Source of the DNA: Zootoca vivipara
Taxonomy: Eukaryota
DNA: 64,000 nt
Assembly (NCBI RefSeq): GCF_963506605.1
Contig: NC_083285.1
Location: 70,618,001 to 70,682,000 of the forward strand
Direction: 5' to 3'
Under the pieces are notes generated by a model. That model was given only the letters and a program-made list of their open reading frames with translations, was not told the origin of the DNA and ran no database searches. Of the stretch, positions 1 to 12,579 are shown piece by piece. Each line of letters begins with the position of its first letter. Within the stretch, counting starts at the first letter, position 1. The position numbers were made by a program, and so were the translations under genes.

Positions 1-1
1 T

Positions 2-916
2 CTGGGCTTCTCTGGGATCACGCATGGCCAGACCTACCTCTTCCTGGTGTTCTTGGTAATCTACTTGGTCACCCTGTTGGGGAACCTCACCATAGTCGGC
101 CTGATCCTGCTGGATCCCTGCCTTCACAGCCCCATGTACTTCTTCCTCAGCCATTTGTCTTGCATGGACGTTTGCTACTCGTCCGTCACCATCCCCAAAA
201 TCCTGACCAGCTTTCTGCATAAGAGGCACACCATTTCCTACAACCAGTGCATGGCCCAGATGTTCTTCCTGATTACCTTTGCAGGGTCTGAATCCGCCCT
301 GCTGGCCGTCATGGCCTACGACCGCTATGCCGCCATTTGCCAGCCTCTGCATTACAGCAGCCTGATGAGCAGCCAGGTGCGAATCCCGCTGGCCATCGCT
401 TCTTGGATCTGGGGCTTCCTGAACTCGTCCATCCACACCACTCTGGCCACCCACTTGTCCTTCTGTGGGGCTAACCAGATCGACCACATCTTCTGCGATG
501 TCCCGCCTCTCCTGAAGATTGCCTGCAGCGACACCTACGTCAATGAGATCACCATCCTTTTGGCCAGCATCTTCATGGGCCTGAGTCCCTTCTTGCTCAT
601 CCTTCTCTCATATGTCTACATTGTTTTGGCCATCTTGCAGATCCACTCGAATACTGCCAGGCACAAGGCCTTCTCCACCTGCACCTCCCACATGATAGTG
701 GTCGCCCTCTACTTTGGAAATGGAATGGTGAACTACAACCGCCCCAGCACAGGCTACTCCTTGGAGGTTGACACCCTGGTTTCCACACTCTACTGCATCA
801 TCACCCCCATGCTGAACCCCCTCATCTACAGCCTCCGCAACAAGGAGGTGAAGGAAGCCCTGAGGAAAGTTCTTGGGGGGCAGAAGAAGGACTATGCTTC
901 TACACAGGAAAAGTGA
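2..916 (+). CDS. Olfactory receptor OR1 (class II), 5'-partial
   Basis: [25 protein letters not shown] and [12 protein letters not shown] motifs. Position 1 aligns to 6514 in OR2, so the ATG lies about 44 nt before the window. Confidence 0.96.
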   Translation: MGFSGITHGQTYLFLVFLVIYLVTLLGNLTIVGLILLDPCLHSPMYFFLSHLSCMDVCYSSVTIPKILTSFLHKRHTISYNQCMAQMFFLITFAGSESALLAVMAYDRYAAICQPLHYSSLMSSQVRIPLAIASWIWGFLNSSIHTTLATHLSFCGANQIDHIFCDVPPLLKIACSDTYVNEITILLASIFMGLSPFLLILLSYVYIVLAILQIHSNTARHKAFSTCTSHMIVVALYFGNGMVNYNRPSTGYSLEVDTLVSTLYCIITPMLNPLIYSLRNKEVKEALRKVLGGQKKDYASTQEK

Positions 917-2583
917 GAGGTGGACTTTGGCAAGGGGGCATTTCTGCTCTCCTCTGACCCCCCCCATTACCCTTAGTGAGCTCAAGGTAATCCTCCAAGA
1001 CCACAGAGAAACCCACTTCCTGTAGACTCCATTTCAGTCAAATTTATAAACACATTTTTATATTTTCCATGGAGACCCCCCCCCAAAAAATGTCATGAGA
1101 ACCTATGTTTCTGTACAAACACCACAACTAATCAGCAAAGCATGTTCCTATTAAGTGATCTGCAAGTTAGGATAAATCTCAGGAAGTGGTCTTTGGTTTT
1201 CTGGAGAATTTGTAAATGAAATGAAGCTTCACCATTCTCCCGCAAAGATGTCTTTGTAAACTGTTCCTCCTGCCAGTCTTACTTTGTGAGTCAGGTTTTC
1301 CACCAGGGCCACACTCCAAGCATTCAAGTTTGCGCCTTTTAAGTCCTTCCAGAATTTGGCTATAACCAAACCCGCAACCACAAAGAGAAATCCAGTTAGT
1401 GGTTTATCAACAAGTCCTGAGTCTCATTTAAATACAGATTGAGTAACACAAGTTCTGAAGACTTGCTGACAAGCTGATGGGTAATTTCCCTTATGTCATT
1501 AAGCACTTGTTCCCCCAGATATGCCACCTTTGGGCATGTCCACCACAAGTGCCTATAGTTCCCATATTCAGAGAACTGCAGGCAACTGGTGAGATCCGTC
1601 AAAACTCATTATTCCAACCAGAGACTCTAAACTGTAGATTGCTCTATTTATTCATATTGAATGGTTCTTCATGAACGATTGGCTCTGTAGGAGCCAATAT
1701 ATGCCAATCTCCTTACGTGTTCTCCTATTTTCATAGGCCTGTTTCTTTTCACAGCATGGGCCACAGTAGTGATGTCAAAGAAGCAGAAACAATCTTTGGG
1801 AGACCTAAGACCAGGAACTCAGAGGAGAAGGGCTTGTAGTGTGGCTGCCCCTGTTCTGTGGAACAGCATTGCTGTCAAGATAGGAGCCCATTATCTGCAC
1901 TTTCCAGGGGATAAAACTAAGACATTTTTGTTCTGGCAGATGGATAAATGGGTCTTTACCATGAGTGTCCACCTGTTTGGATTTGAGCCCCGTTTTAAAT
2001 TTGTTTGTGGTTTTCATGTTTGTTTGTTTTTTAAATTTTATTTATGCTTTTCAGGTTTATACATTTCACAAATGTTACAATCATTTTAACATTTCAAAGC
2101 TTGACTTCCTTCCCCCTCTTTCTGTGGTTCCTTCAATTTATTTCTAATACCTTCTGCATATCCTAATTAACTTAATTTGCTAGTTTATTCATCTACTTTA
2201 AATATATACTCTTATAAAATTGCTGGTTATTACAAAAATCCTGCCAATGTTCTTATCTGTTTACAATTTATCTGTAAATATTCAGTAAACTTTTATAAAA
2301 CTTTGTTATCGATTAGAGAATATTCCAAAGCACTGGAAAAAATAAAATCATTTGGAGAGGTCTCAGGGTTCAAACTTAATAAATCTAAGTAAAGCTCTTC
2401 TGGATGAAACACAATTGCCTCTGGTCTATTTTTTGGGGAATCCTGCAATGGGTTTAAGTTTTTGATCGGCTAACTATACATTGGACTCTACTTTGGATTA
2501 TTCTTGGGTTCCATGTTTGCATTAAAAGGTGGGGTAGAAATACCACAAGTGTGTAAATAAACATCTAGCCATTGAGCAATGCC

Positions 2584-3023
2584 TCCCCTGGGACTCTCAT
2601 TCCTCTTGGCTTCCAGAAACTCGCCCCCCCCCAACCGGGGAGAGTGGATTTCCTTCCCCAACCCTCCTTGTTAACTTGCATGTTGCAGTTGCCACGAGAG
2701 CATCCCTTGGGTCCCTCCTGGGTATAACTCCTCTCTCCCTGCCCAGACTCTGCTGGTTGGATGCAATGCAGAGGGAGCCACCAGGCTCGTCCGTGTCTCA
2801 CCTGTGAAGCAAGGATCTGCCTTCAAGAGCCCCGATGCCAGGCCCTCTCTTGCCACTTGGATGCCAGGGTGCTCTGGCCCCGTGAAGCTGGAGCAGGGAA
2901 AGGCTGGTACAGGAGAAATCCGAGGTTGAAGGGGAAGGACGACCTGGAGCTGAGCATCCTGCAGTGGACAGCAGCAAATGCCCAGCCTCACTGAGCTCCC
3001 AGTGGTGGGGCCTACAGGTGAGT
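2584..3023 (+). promoter_or_regulatory. Putative OR2 promoter and non-coding first exon
   Basis: O/E sites TCCCCTGGGA (2584) and TCCCTTGGGT (2703); donor CAG|GTGAGT at 3018. Confidence 0.6.
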
Positions 3024-3356
3024 AGCTTTACAGGACACAGGGAGGACTCAAGATAGGGAAGCAATTCAGTCTGGTCTGCATTTGAATGCGAATCTGCCCC
3101 ATTCACACTTCCTGAAATGATACGAGAACAAAACTCTGCTAGCCGCTGAAATTTGCACTTCTCTGAATTTTGCAGAAAAAGGTGGGTTATAAATGCAATA
3201 AATAGTAAAATCATTTATGGGACAATATATATGGGGCTGGCACTGCAAGAGATTCCCCCCCATCCCCTTCCCCAAATCTTATCCAACCCACACTTTCCAA
3301 TGCACAAATTCTGTGCTTCACATTCCAGTGAGATATTTTGGAGTGCAATGTTCACT

Positions 3357-3408
3357 GTTGTTGTTTAGTCGTTTAGTCGAGTCCGACTCTTCGTGACCCC
3401 ATGGACCC
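3357..3408 (-). mobile_element. BovB (RTE) 3' tail
   Basis: (CAA)n tail; TSD caatg(t/g)tcact; empty site in the other units. Confidence 0.85.
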
Positions 3409-4093
3409 CAATGGTCACTAACGGTTTACTTTCCTTGGAATGGGAGGTTACAGAAGAGAGAAACTACCATGGAGTTACCGTCTCCATACCATAACATAGT
3501 AGCTGTGGAACATAGAAGACTATATGAAGCAGCTCCCTTATACTGAGCCAGACCTGTGCTCTGGTCTCTGAAACATTTGCTTTATCTGCAAATATAGAAG
3601 CAGAATAGAAGTGGAGGTGAACAAGCCCTAGTTCAGCAGGCAGCTCATCTCCAGAGATCATCTTGCTGCTTCCACCTGATTTCCCGTCTTTTCCAACTAG
3701 AAGTGTCACAGCATCAGGGAAGGGACCTCCAAAAGTCATCTAGTCCAACCTCTTGCAATGCAAAGATCTCAGCTAAAGAATCCCTTACAGAGGGCCATGC
3801 AACCTCTGCTTAAAAACCTCCAAGAAAGCAGCATCCACCACCCTCTGAGAGAGTCCCTTCCACTACTGAACAGCTGTCAAATAATTGGAATCTCCTTTCT
3901 TGTACAGTAAGCCCAGAGCCTATGGGGGGGTGACAGTCTGGGAATTGCACCGGAAGCCAAAATCGCATATAGGCAAAACACACTGCGTCCAATTGCTAGT
4001 GGGATTGCCAAAGTCATTTTGTTCCCTGGGAACCTCCCCCCTCCTTTCCACATAATTTTTGGACATGTGCATGAAGCCTAATGCACACAAGTT

Positions 4094-4485
4094 TGTTTTT
4101 GTTGTTTAGTCGTTTAGTCGTGTCCAACTCTTCGTGACCCCATGGACTAGAGCACGCCAGGCACTCCTGTCTTCCACTGCCTCCCGCAGTTTGGTCAAAC
4201 TCATGTTCATAGCTTTGAGAACACTGTCCAACCATCTCGTCCTCTGTCGTCCCCGTCTCCTAGTGCCCTCAATCTTTCCCAACATCAGGGTCTTTTCCAA
4301 GGATTCTTCTCTTCTCATGAGGTGGCCAAAGTCTTGGAGCCTCAGCTTCAGGATCTGTCCTTCCAGTGAGCACTCAGGGCTGATATCCTTCAGAATGGAT
4401 AGGTTTGATCTTCTTGCAGTCCATGGGACTCTCAAGTATACCTCCAGTATCCCTGCCAAGAAAACTCCATGGACAAAGACAACAG
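4094..4485 (-). mobile_element. BovB 3' fragment plus an extra ~49-bp segment
   Basis: LEKTLMLGKIEG ORF; TSD gcacacaagtt. Confidence 0.9.
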
Positions 4486-5319
4486 GCACACAAGTTAAAT
4501 GCCCATAAGTTGCGGGCTTACTGTAATTTGGATCCTCACTTTGGAGCAGCAGAAAACAAGCTTGCTCCACCCTTCATGTTTAGATGTTTGGAGAAGGCTC
4601 TCAGAACCCCTCTCTGTTCTCCAGGACACAGACACCCTGCTCCCTCAGCTGTTCCTCGGGGTGACCTTTGGGGTCCTTTCCAACTCCACAATTCTATGAT
4701 CATTTCTTCAGCCCTAGTCTAAACACAACATCCCATCCTCAAAGCAGAACAAAAGGTTGATTACGTTGCATCTTCCAAAGCAGAGGAGAAAACATCATCT
4801 TGCTTGTCTTGCTTCTCATTCCAGGTTCCTCTCCGGCTTCCTTTCCTGACCAAGGCAGGTCCTGAAGACTAGAGATGAGAATTTTGGGAGTGGAGAGGAA
4901 ATGTCACGGACACCGGCCAGTTGGGGATGTGTCCAACAGCACCCATGATTCACCCAAGCAGGGTTGCCACTCTTCCCCCCTGAAGGGAGAGGAGAGACAC
5001 CCGACCATCCCTGGAGGACCCTAACCCCCCACTGATTTGTAACAGCTGGCCTTGACACAAGACTATTGGGTGGGGCAGATCAAGGTGAAAAACCATTAGT
5101 TTGATGTGAATGATTATTGGAATTGGAGGAGATGGAGGTTTATTTGCTTCTTAGTGGGTCAGAGTGTTACTTAGTTTATTATTTGCATGTTGTCAGCGTT
5201 GTTTTCTCCTGTGTATATGGCTGGTTTCCCCCTCCCCTCCAATAGACTGTTATGTGAAATATTAATATATTATATTATTCCCCCCATGGCATTATGTATT
5301 GTATAATTTTTCTTTGCCA

Positions 5320-6214
5320 TAGAATCATAGAATCATAGAGCTGGAATGAAGGGAGAAATTTGCCAATTGTGTTATTGAGCTAAGTCTGATCATATAGTCT
5401 GCATTGTATAATTCTGAGTGCATGGCTTAGCCGCCCGCCCCCCCCCCCCAATTGCTGCCACACACACCCATTGCTCTCTTTGCCTCTCTGTGTGCCAAAG
5501 GGTAAGCCAGACAGAATGCCCTGCTAAGCTATCAAGGCCGGCTGACTGTCTTGTCTGACGCTATCAGCCTGACGCACAGAACAGGCAAGCCCCCACTCAA
5601 GGCTGCTGGAAGATGCTACTGGGGTAGCATGAGTCAGCATGTGTTTATGCACAGGACCGGACACAGGAAGATCCTTATATGTACTTGTGACCCCCTTGCG
5701 TGCGCACATTTACAGAGGAAGGGGAAACAAGTGTATAAGCCCAATAAGTGTATAAGAAGCTTTGCAATTTGTGTTTCTTTGCTCTTGTCATGAGGCTTAA
5801 CCATCAAGAGTCTCTTAATTAATTAAGAATTAAACTCTTTCTCTGGATTCAACCCCCGGTGTCATTATTGGCTATCTCTGTCATGCCTTATCAGCAGGAC
5901 CCTTATCAGCAAATTTTTGGTGAATACATCTAAACTAGCCAAGTATTCTTGTACTACCTCCTTACTTATTCTGGGCTGTGTTTCCCTTGCTGAATCATCT
6001 CCTCCATATTCTTCAGGTCGGGTATTGGTGTGTTTTTTTGGAGAAGACTGAGGCAAAGAAGGCATTGAGGAGTTCTGCCCTTTATCTGCCCATGTTTGCA
6101 TTTCACCATCTTCTCCTCTAAGTGACCCCACTGTTTCCTTGGGGTCACTTAGAGGAGAAGATGGTGAAATGCGAACAGGGGACAGAGAAAGGGCAGAACT
6201 CCTCAATGCCTTCT
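5320..6214 (-). mobile_element. Composite insertion: CR1 tail, LTR-like segment and CR1 ORF2 fragment with fold-back
   Basis: Absent from units 2 and 3; (CATAGAAT)n tail; CR1-like peptide. Confidence 0.7.
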
Positions 6215-6469
6215 CACTTGGGGACCTTCGGGTGACAAGAGACTAAGAAGTTTAATCAACAAGACCGAATTTCATGGATCAATGGTCTGAGTGCGTAGAA
6301 GAGCCCTTACAATCATAGAATCACAGAACTGTAGCATTGTAAAGGGACCCAAAGGTCCTCTAGTCCAATCCCCTGCAACGCAGGAACTTCCTCTGTTTCC
6401 CTTTTCTGCCTGGCAGCCTTTCCCTCAAACGCCGTCCTTCTTTCTCTACAGATAACCTCCTCATTTCCC

Positions 6470-7429
6470 ATGGCTGGCAGCAGTAATTGGACACAAGTGA
6501 CAGAGTTTGTTCTTCTGGGCTTCTCTGGGATCACGCATGGCCAGACCTACCTCTTCCTGGTGTTCTTGGTAATCTACTTGGTCACTCTGTTGGGGAACCT
6601 TACCATAGTTGGCCTGATCCTGCTGGATCCCTGCCTTCACAGCCCCATGTACTTCTTCCTCAGCCATTTGTCTTGCATGGACGTTTGCTACTCGTCCGTT
6701 ACCATCCCCAAAATCCTGACCAGCTTTCTGCATAAGAGGCACACCATTTCCTACAACCAGTGCATGGCCCAGATGTTCTTCCTGATGACCTTTGCGGGGT
6801 CTGAATCCGCCCTGCTGGCTGTCATGGCCTACGACCGCTATGCCGCCATTTGCCAGCCTCTGCATTACAGCAGCCTGATGAGCAGCCAGGTGCGAATCCC
6901 GCTGGCCATCGCTTCTTGGATCTGGGGCTTCCTGAACTCGTCCATCCACACCACTCTGGCCACCCACTTGTCCTTCTGTGGGGCCAACCAGATCGACCAC
7001 ATCTTCTGCGATGTCCCGCCTCTCCTGAAGATTGCCTGCAGCGACACCTACGTCAACGAGATCACCATCCATTTGGCCAGCATCTTCATGGGCCTGAGTC
7101 CTTTCTTTCTCATCCTCCTCTCGTATATCTACATCCTCTCCGCCATCTTGCAGATCCGCTCGAATACGGGCAGGCGCAAGGCCTTCTCCACATGCGCTGC
7201 TCACATGATCGTTGTCACCGTCTACTATGGAATGGCCAACGTGAACTACAACCGCCCCAGCGCAGGCTACTCCTTGGAGGTTGACACCCTGGTTTCCACA
7301 CTCTACTGCATCATCACCCCCATGCTGAACCCCCTCATCTACAGCCTCCGCAACAAAGAGGTGAAGGAAGCCCTGAGGAAGGTTCTTGGGGGGCAGAAGA
7401 AGGACTATGCTTCTACACAGGAAAAGTGA
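6470..7429 (+). CDS. Olfactory receptor OR2, 319 aa
   Basis: Complete ORF with all OR motifs and an N-terminal NWT sequon; acceptor tttctctacag ends at 6451. Confidence 0.97.
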   Translation: MAGSSNWTQVTEFVLLGFSGITHGQTYLFLVFLVIYLVTLLGNLTIVGLILLDPCLHSPMYFFLSHLSCMDVCYSSVTIPKILTSFLHKRHTISYNQCMAQMFFLMTFAGSESALLAVMAYDRYAAICQPLHYSSLMSSQVRIPLAIASWIWGFLNSSIHTTLATHLSFCGANQIDHIFCDVPPLLKIACSDTYVNEITIHLASIFMGLSPFFLILLSYIYILSAILQIRSNTGRRKAFSTCAAHMIVVTVYYGMANVNYNRPSAGYSLEVDTLVSTLYCIITPMLNPLIYSLRNKEVKEALRKVLGGQKKDYASTQEK

Positions 7430-8099
7430 GAGGTGGACTTTGGCAAGGGGGCAGCTCTGCTCTCCTCTGACCCCCCCCCCATTGCCCTTAGTGAGCTCAA
7501 GGTAATCCTCCAAGACCACAGGAAAAGCCCACTTTCCGTGGACTCCATTTCGGTCAAATTTATAAACATGTTTGTATTATTTCCACGTAGACACCCCCCC
7601 CAAAAAAAAATGTTATGAAAACTTACAGTATGTTTCTGTACAAACACCACAACTAATCAGCAAAGCATGTTCCTATTAAGTGATCTGTAAGTTAGGATAA
7701 ATCTCAGGAACTGGTCTTTGTTTTTCTGAAGCTTCAACATTGTCCCGCAACGATGTCTCTGTAAATTGTTCCTCCTGCCGGTCTTACTTTGTGAGTTAAG
7801 TTTTCCACCACGGCCCCACTGTCTTGTACCAAACATTCAAGTTTGCACCTTTTAAGTCCTTCCAGAATTTGGCTATACTGTAACCATACCCACAACCCCA
7901 AACAGAAATCTAGTTAGTGGTTTATCAACAAGTCCTGAGTCTCATTTAAATACAGATTGAGTAACACAAGTTCTGAAGACTTGCTGATGTGCTGATGGGT
8001 AATTTCCCTTATGTCATTAAGCACTTGTTCCCCCAAATATGCCACCTTTAGGCATGTCCACCACAAGTGCCTATAGTTCCCATATTCAGAGAATTATTC

Positions 8100-8460
8100 G
8101 GAGAATCCTAATTAACTTAATTTGCTCGTTTATTCATCTACTTTAAATATATACTCTTATAAAACTGCTGGTTGTTACAATAATCCTCCCAATGTTCTTA
8201 TCTGCTTCCAATTTATCTTTAAATATTCAATAAACTTTTATAAAAGTTTGCTATCTTGATTTCTTATTGTTCTGGTAAGTTTCATCATTTCTGCATATTC
8301 CCTAAGTTTTGGTATCCATTCTTCCTTTGGTGGGACTTCTGCTTCCTTCCACTTTTGGGCGAGTAACATTCTTGCTGCTGTAATAGTATACATGAATAGG
8401 TTTATATACAGTTTAGGTAGTTTTGTCCCTATTATTCCCAAAAGAAAAGCTTTCTGCAAA
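8100..8460 (-). mobile_element. L1-clade LINE 3' ORF2 remnant (also about 2030-2300 and 17400-17900)
   Basis: AARMLLAQKWK...EEWIPKL peptide. Confidence 0.7.
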
Positions 8461-8519
8461 AGATGCAGAAATCAAATGAATAACATTGGGAAAGAGAGCA
8501 TACAAAATAAAAGTGTTGG

Positions 8520-10149
8520 ACAGACTTCTGGTCTACCGCCATTGCAGACTGGTGGGAGAATCTCGAGCTCTGAGATTCTCTAGCGCTGTGAGATAGGGGG
8601 GGATCCGTGAGAGCGCTGCGGAGCCCCAAAAGAGCTCCAGATCAAGTGTTCTGGAGATGTGGGGACTCAGCTGCACCTTTTCCTGTCTCCTCAGCCCTTA
8701 GTAAGCCCTATTAGGGAGCCGAGAGTGAGCGGAGTGGAGACGTGGTGCGTTGAGTCAATCTGCTACCCTCGCAATGTGAAGCTCCGAGCCGGCAGTCTGT
8801 GGAGCGGTGGATTTTTCCAGATTTAAAAGATTTGAAAACATTGGACACCATGAGTAAAGAAAAAGGATTTTTAAAAAAATTAATTGAAAAGATTTGGGCA
8901 CGGGAGGAAATTAAAAGGGGAAGTCGATTTCCCCCATTGAGCGAATTGAGACGCAGTTAATGTGCCCAAACCCGGGAAGTTGACAGGAAGTGGTGAGAGA
9001 GCAGTAGTGGGGTGAAGAGTAATAATGGATGCTATTTTCTGACTGATCAAGATGGCCTGAAACTGGAACGACCTATGGCTGATTCAACTGGGAGACCCTG
9101 AGTCCAGGGGGGGGGGCTGAATTAGATCTAAGCGTTTAAATGTTATTATGATAAAAGAAATAATATTTGAATGTATGGAAAATTTTGGGGTATAAATTTG
9201 AGGCTAAGGGGAGAAATAGAGGATAGATGGATGGGGGGGGGAAATTAGATTTGGATTAAGATAAATTAATTTTACTTTCTTGGGCTCCTTGATCACTGCA
9301 GATGGTGACAGCAGTCACGAAATTAAAAGACGCCTGCTTCTTGGGAGAAAAGCAATGACAAACCTAGACAGCATCTTAAAAAGCAGAGACATCACCTTGC
9401 CGACAAAGGTCCGTATAGTTAAAGCTATGGTTTTCCCAGTAGTGATGTATGGAAGTGAGAGCTGGACCATAAAAAGGCTGATCGCCGAAGAATTGATGCT
9501 TTTGAATTATGGTGCTGGAGGAGACTCTTGAGAGTCCCATGGACTGCTAGAAGATCAAACCTATCCATTCTTAAGGAAATCAGCCCTGAGTGCTCCCTGG
9601 AAGGACAGATCGTGAAGCTGAGGCTCCAATACTTTGGCCACCTCATGAGAAGAGAAGAATCCTTGGAAAAGACCCTGATGTTGGGAAAGATTGAGGGCAC
9701 TAGGAGAAGGGGACAACAGCGGACAAGATGGTTGGACAGTGTTCTCGAAGCTACGAACATGAGTTTGACCAAACTGCGGGAGGCAGTGCAAGACAGGAGT
9801 GCCTGGCGTGCTATGGTCCATGGGGTCACGAAGAGTCGGACACGACTAAACGACTAAACAACAACAAATTACGGGTAGAACATAGTCGATGCATTGAAGA
9901 ATAGAAATAGTTGTGAGATAATGAAAAAATGTGTTAGAATGATTTAAGATAATAAATGAAAAATGCTTAATTTGGAGTTAAAAATGGATCCAGTGCGAGG
10001 GGAATCGAGGAAGTCTACAATGTTAATTAAAATGCTAGATTTGATGTGTTTTTCTTTTTTATGTTTTCACTCCTGTTTTTTGTTTTTGTTTTTGTGAATT
10101 TTTGTAATTCGGAATGTTAGAAAATCAATAAATATTATTTGGAAAAAAT
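8520..10149 (+). mobile_element. Non-autonomous retroposon with A-rich tail
   Basis: 16-bp TSD aaaataaaagtgttgg; empty site in unit 3. Confidence 0.75.
9270..9866 (+). mobile_element. BovB 3' fragment, nested
   Basis: BovB C-terminal peptide and (CAA)n tail. Confidence 0.93.
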
Positions 10150-10500
10150 AAAATAAAAGTGTTGGCGGATGATATAATACTAACATTAGAAGTACATTAG
10201 AGACCTTTCCCAAAGCGCTGGAAAAAATAAAATCATTTGGAGAGGTCTCAGGGTTCAAACGTAATAAATCTAAGTCAAGCTCTGCTGGATGAAATACAAT
10301 TGCCTCTGGTCCTTTTTTTTGGAATCCTGCAATGTTTTTAAGTTTTTGCTCAGCTAACTATACATTGCACTCTACTCTGGATCAATATTGAGTAAAATTT
10401 TCAATGACATACCCCAAATTTTATATTCCCTTTTTCCGTTAAAAGGTGGGGTAGAAATACCTCAAGTGTGTAAATAAGCATCTAGCCAATGAGCAATGCT

Positions 10501-10947
10501 TCCCCTGGGACTCCCACTGTTCCATTCCTCTTGGCTTGCAGAAAGCTCACCCCTGGGGAGAGTGGCTTTCTTTCCCCAATGCTCCTTGTTAACTTCCGTG
10601 TTGCAGTTGCCACGAGAGCATCCCTTGGGTCCCTCCTGGACATAACTCCTCTCTCCCTGCCCAGACTCTGCTACTTGGTTGCAATGCAGACTGCAGAGGG
10701 AGCCACCAGGCTCGTCCGTGTCTCACCTGTGAAGCAGGGATCTGCCTTCAAGAGCCCCGATGCCAGGCCCTCTCTTGCCACTCGGATGCCAGCGTGCTCT
10801 GGCCCCATGAAGCTGGAGCAGGGAAAGTCTGGTACAGGAGAAGCCCGAGGTTGAAGGGAAGGACGACCTGGAGCTGAGCATCCTGCAGTGGACAGCAGCA
10901 AATGCCCAGCCTCACTGAGCTCCCAGTGGTGGGGCCTCCAGGTGAGT
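10501..10947 (+). promoter_or_regulatory. Putative OR3 promoter and first exon
   Basis: O/E sites at 10501 and 10621; donor at 10942. Confidence 0.6.
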
Positions 10948-11699
10948 AGCTTTACAGGACACAGGGAGGACTCAGGATAGGGAAGCAATTCAGTCTGGTC
11001 TGCATTTGAATGCGAATCTGCCCCATTCACACTTCCTGAAATGATATGAGAACAAGAATTCAGCTAGCCGCTGAAATGTGCATTTCTCTGAATTTTGCAG
11101 GAAAAGGTGGGTTATAAATGCAATACATAGTAAATTCATTTATAGGACAATGTATATGGGGCTGGCACAGCAAGAGATTTCTCTTTTATTCCCCACTGCC
11201 CCTCCCCCAAATCTTATCCAATCCACACTTTCCAATGCACAAACGAGTTTATAATTCTGTGCTTCACATCCCAATTCCTGAGCAGTGAGATATTTTGGAG
11301 TGCAATGTTCACTTATGGTTGCCTTTCCTTGGAATGGGAGGTTACAGTAGAGAGAAACTACCATGGAGTTACCATCTCCATACCATAACATAGTAGCTGT
11401 GGAACATATAAGACTATATGAAGCAGCTCCCTTATACTGAGCCAGACCTGTGCTCTGGTCTCTGAAACATTTGCTTTATCTGCAAATATAGAAGCAGAAT
11501 AGAAGTGGAGGCGAAGAAGCCCTAGTTCAGCAGGCAGCCCAGCTCCAGAGATCATCTTGCTGCCTCCACCTGATTTCCCGTCTTTTCCAACTAGAAGTGT
11601 CACAGCATCAGGGAAGGGAACTCCAAAAGTCATCTAGTCTAACCTCTTGCAATGCAACCATCTCAGCTAAAGAATCAGTCACAGAAGGCCATCCAACCC

Positions 11700-12579
11700 T
11701 GCCTCCGGGTCTGGTCCTGACCGGATGGATACTGGAATCAGCAAGGGATACCCACATGACCTGAAGGTGCTCCTGTGCAATGCCAGGTCAATGATCCACA
11801 AGACCACTGCCATCCACGACCTGATTGTGGATGGAGGATTTGACCTGGCATGTGTGACAGAGACCTGGTTGGATGAAGCAGATGGGCCTGTCCTTGCCGC
11901 TGCTTGTCCACCAGGTTTCTCTTACGCACAGCAACCCAGGCCATCTGGGCGGGGAGGGGGGGGTTGCAGTGATTTTTAGGAAGTCATTAGTTTGTACCAG
12001 GCGTCCTATTGGGAAGACCAGGTTTTCTGAGTGCATGTTCTGGAAGTTGGGCAATAGAGGCAGTACAGGATTCCTTTTGGTGTACCGACCTCCCCGCTGC
12101 ACCAAGGATTCCCTCCCCGAGCTGCTTCAGGTCGTGTCGGATGTGCTCCTGGAGACATCTAGCTTGGTTGTCTCAGGGGATTTTAACATCCATGCCGACA
12201 CGACCTTACAAGGAGCCGCTCAGGACTTCGTGGAAAGCATGGCCTCCATGGGGCTGTCCCTGAATAAGTCTGGCCCGACTCATAGCCGCGGACATGCCTT
12301 GGACCTGGTGTTTACCTCTATGGATGTTGGTGATCTGACACTAAGAAAAAGCGAAACTAAAGAAGTGCCATGGTCACATCACTACCTGGTGCAACTGGAC
12401 TTCTCCGCGACCCTTCCCCTCTGCAGGGAGGTGGGACCAATTCGGATGGTCCGCCCCCGCCACTTAATGGATCCAAATGGTTTCCAGAGAGTGGTAGGGG
12501 ATGCTTTATCCCATGTTGATGGCCTTTCACCCGATTCCCTGGTGGCCCACTGGAATGTGGAGCTAACCAGGGCTATTGA
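11700..12579 (+). mobile_element. L2-clade LINE AP-endonuclease fragment
   Basis: CNARS, VTETWL, YRPP and GDFN motifs; frameshift in the G run near 11960. Confidence 0.85.

Noticed and set aside
6461-7519. 352-aa antisense ORF over OR2 and similar shadow ORFs over other ORs
   Set aside because: By-product of GC3-rich OR codon usage; interrupted in the paralogs and no recognisable domain.
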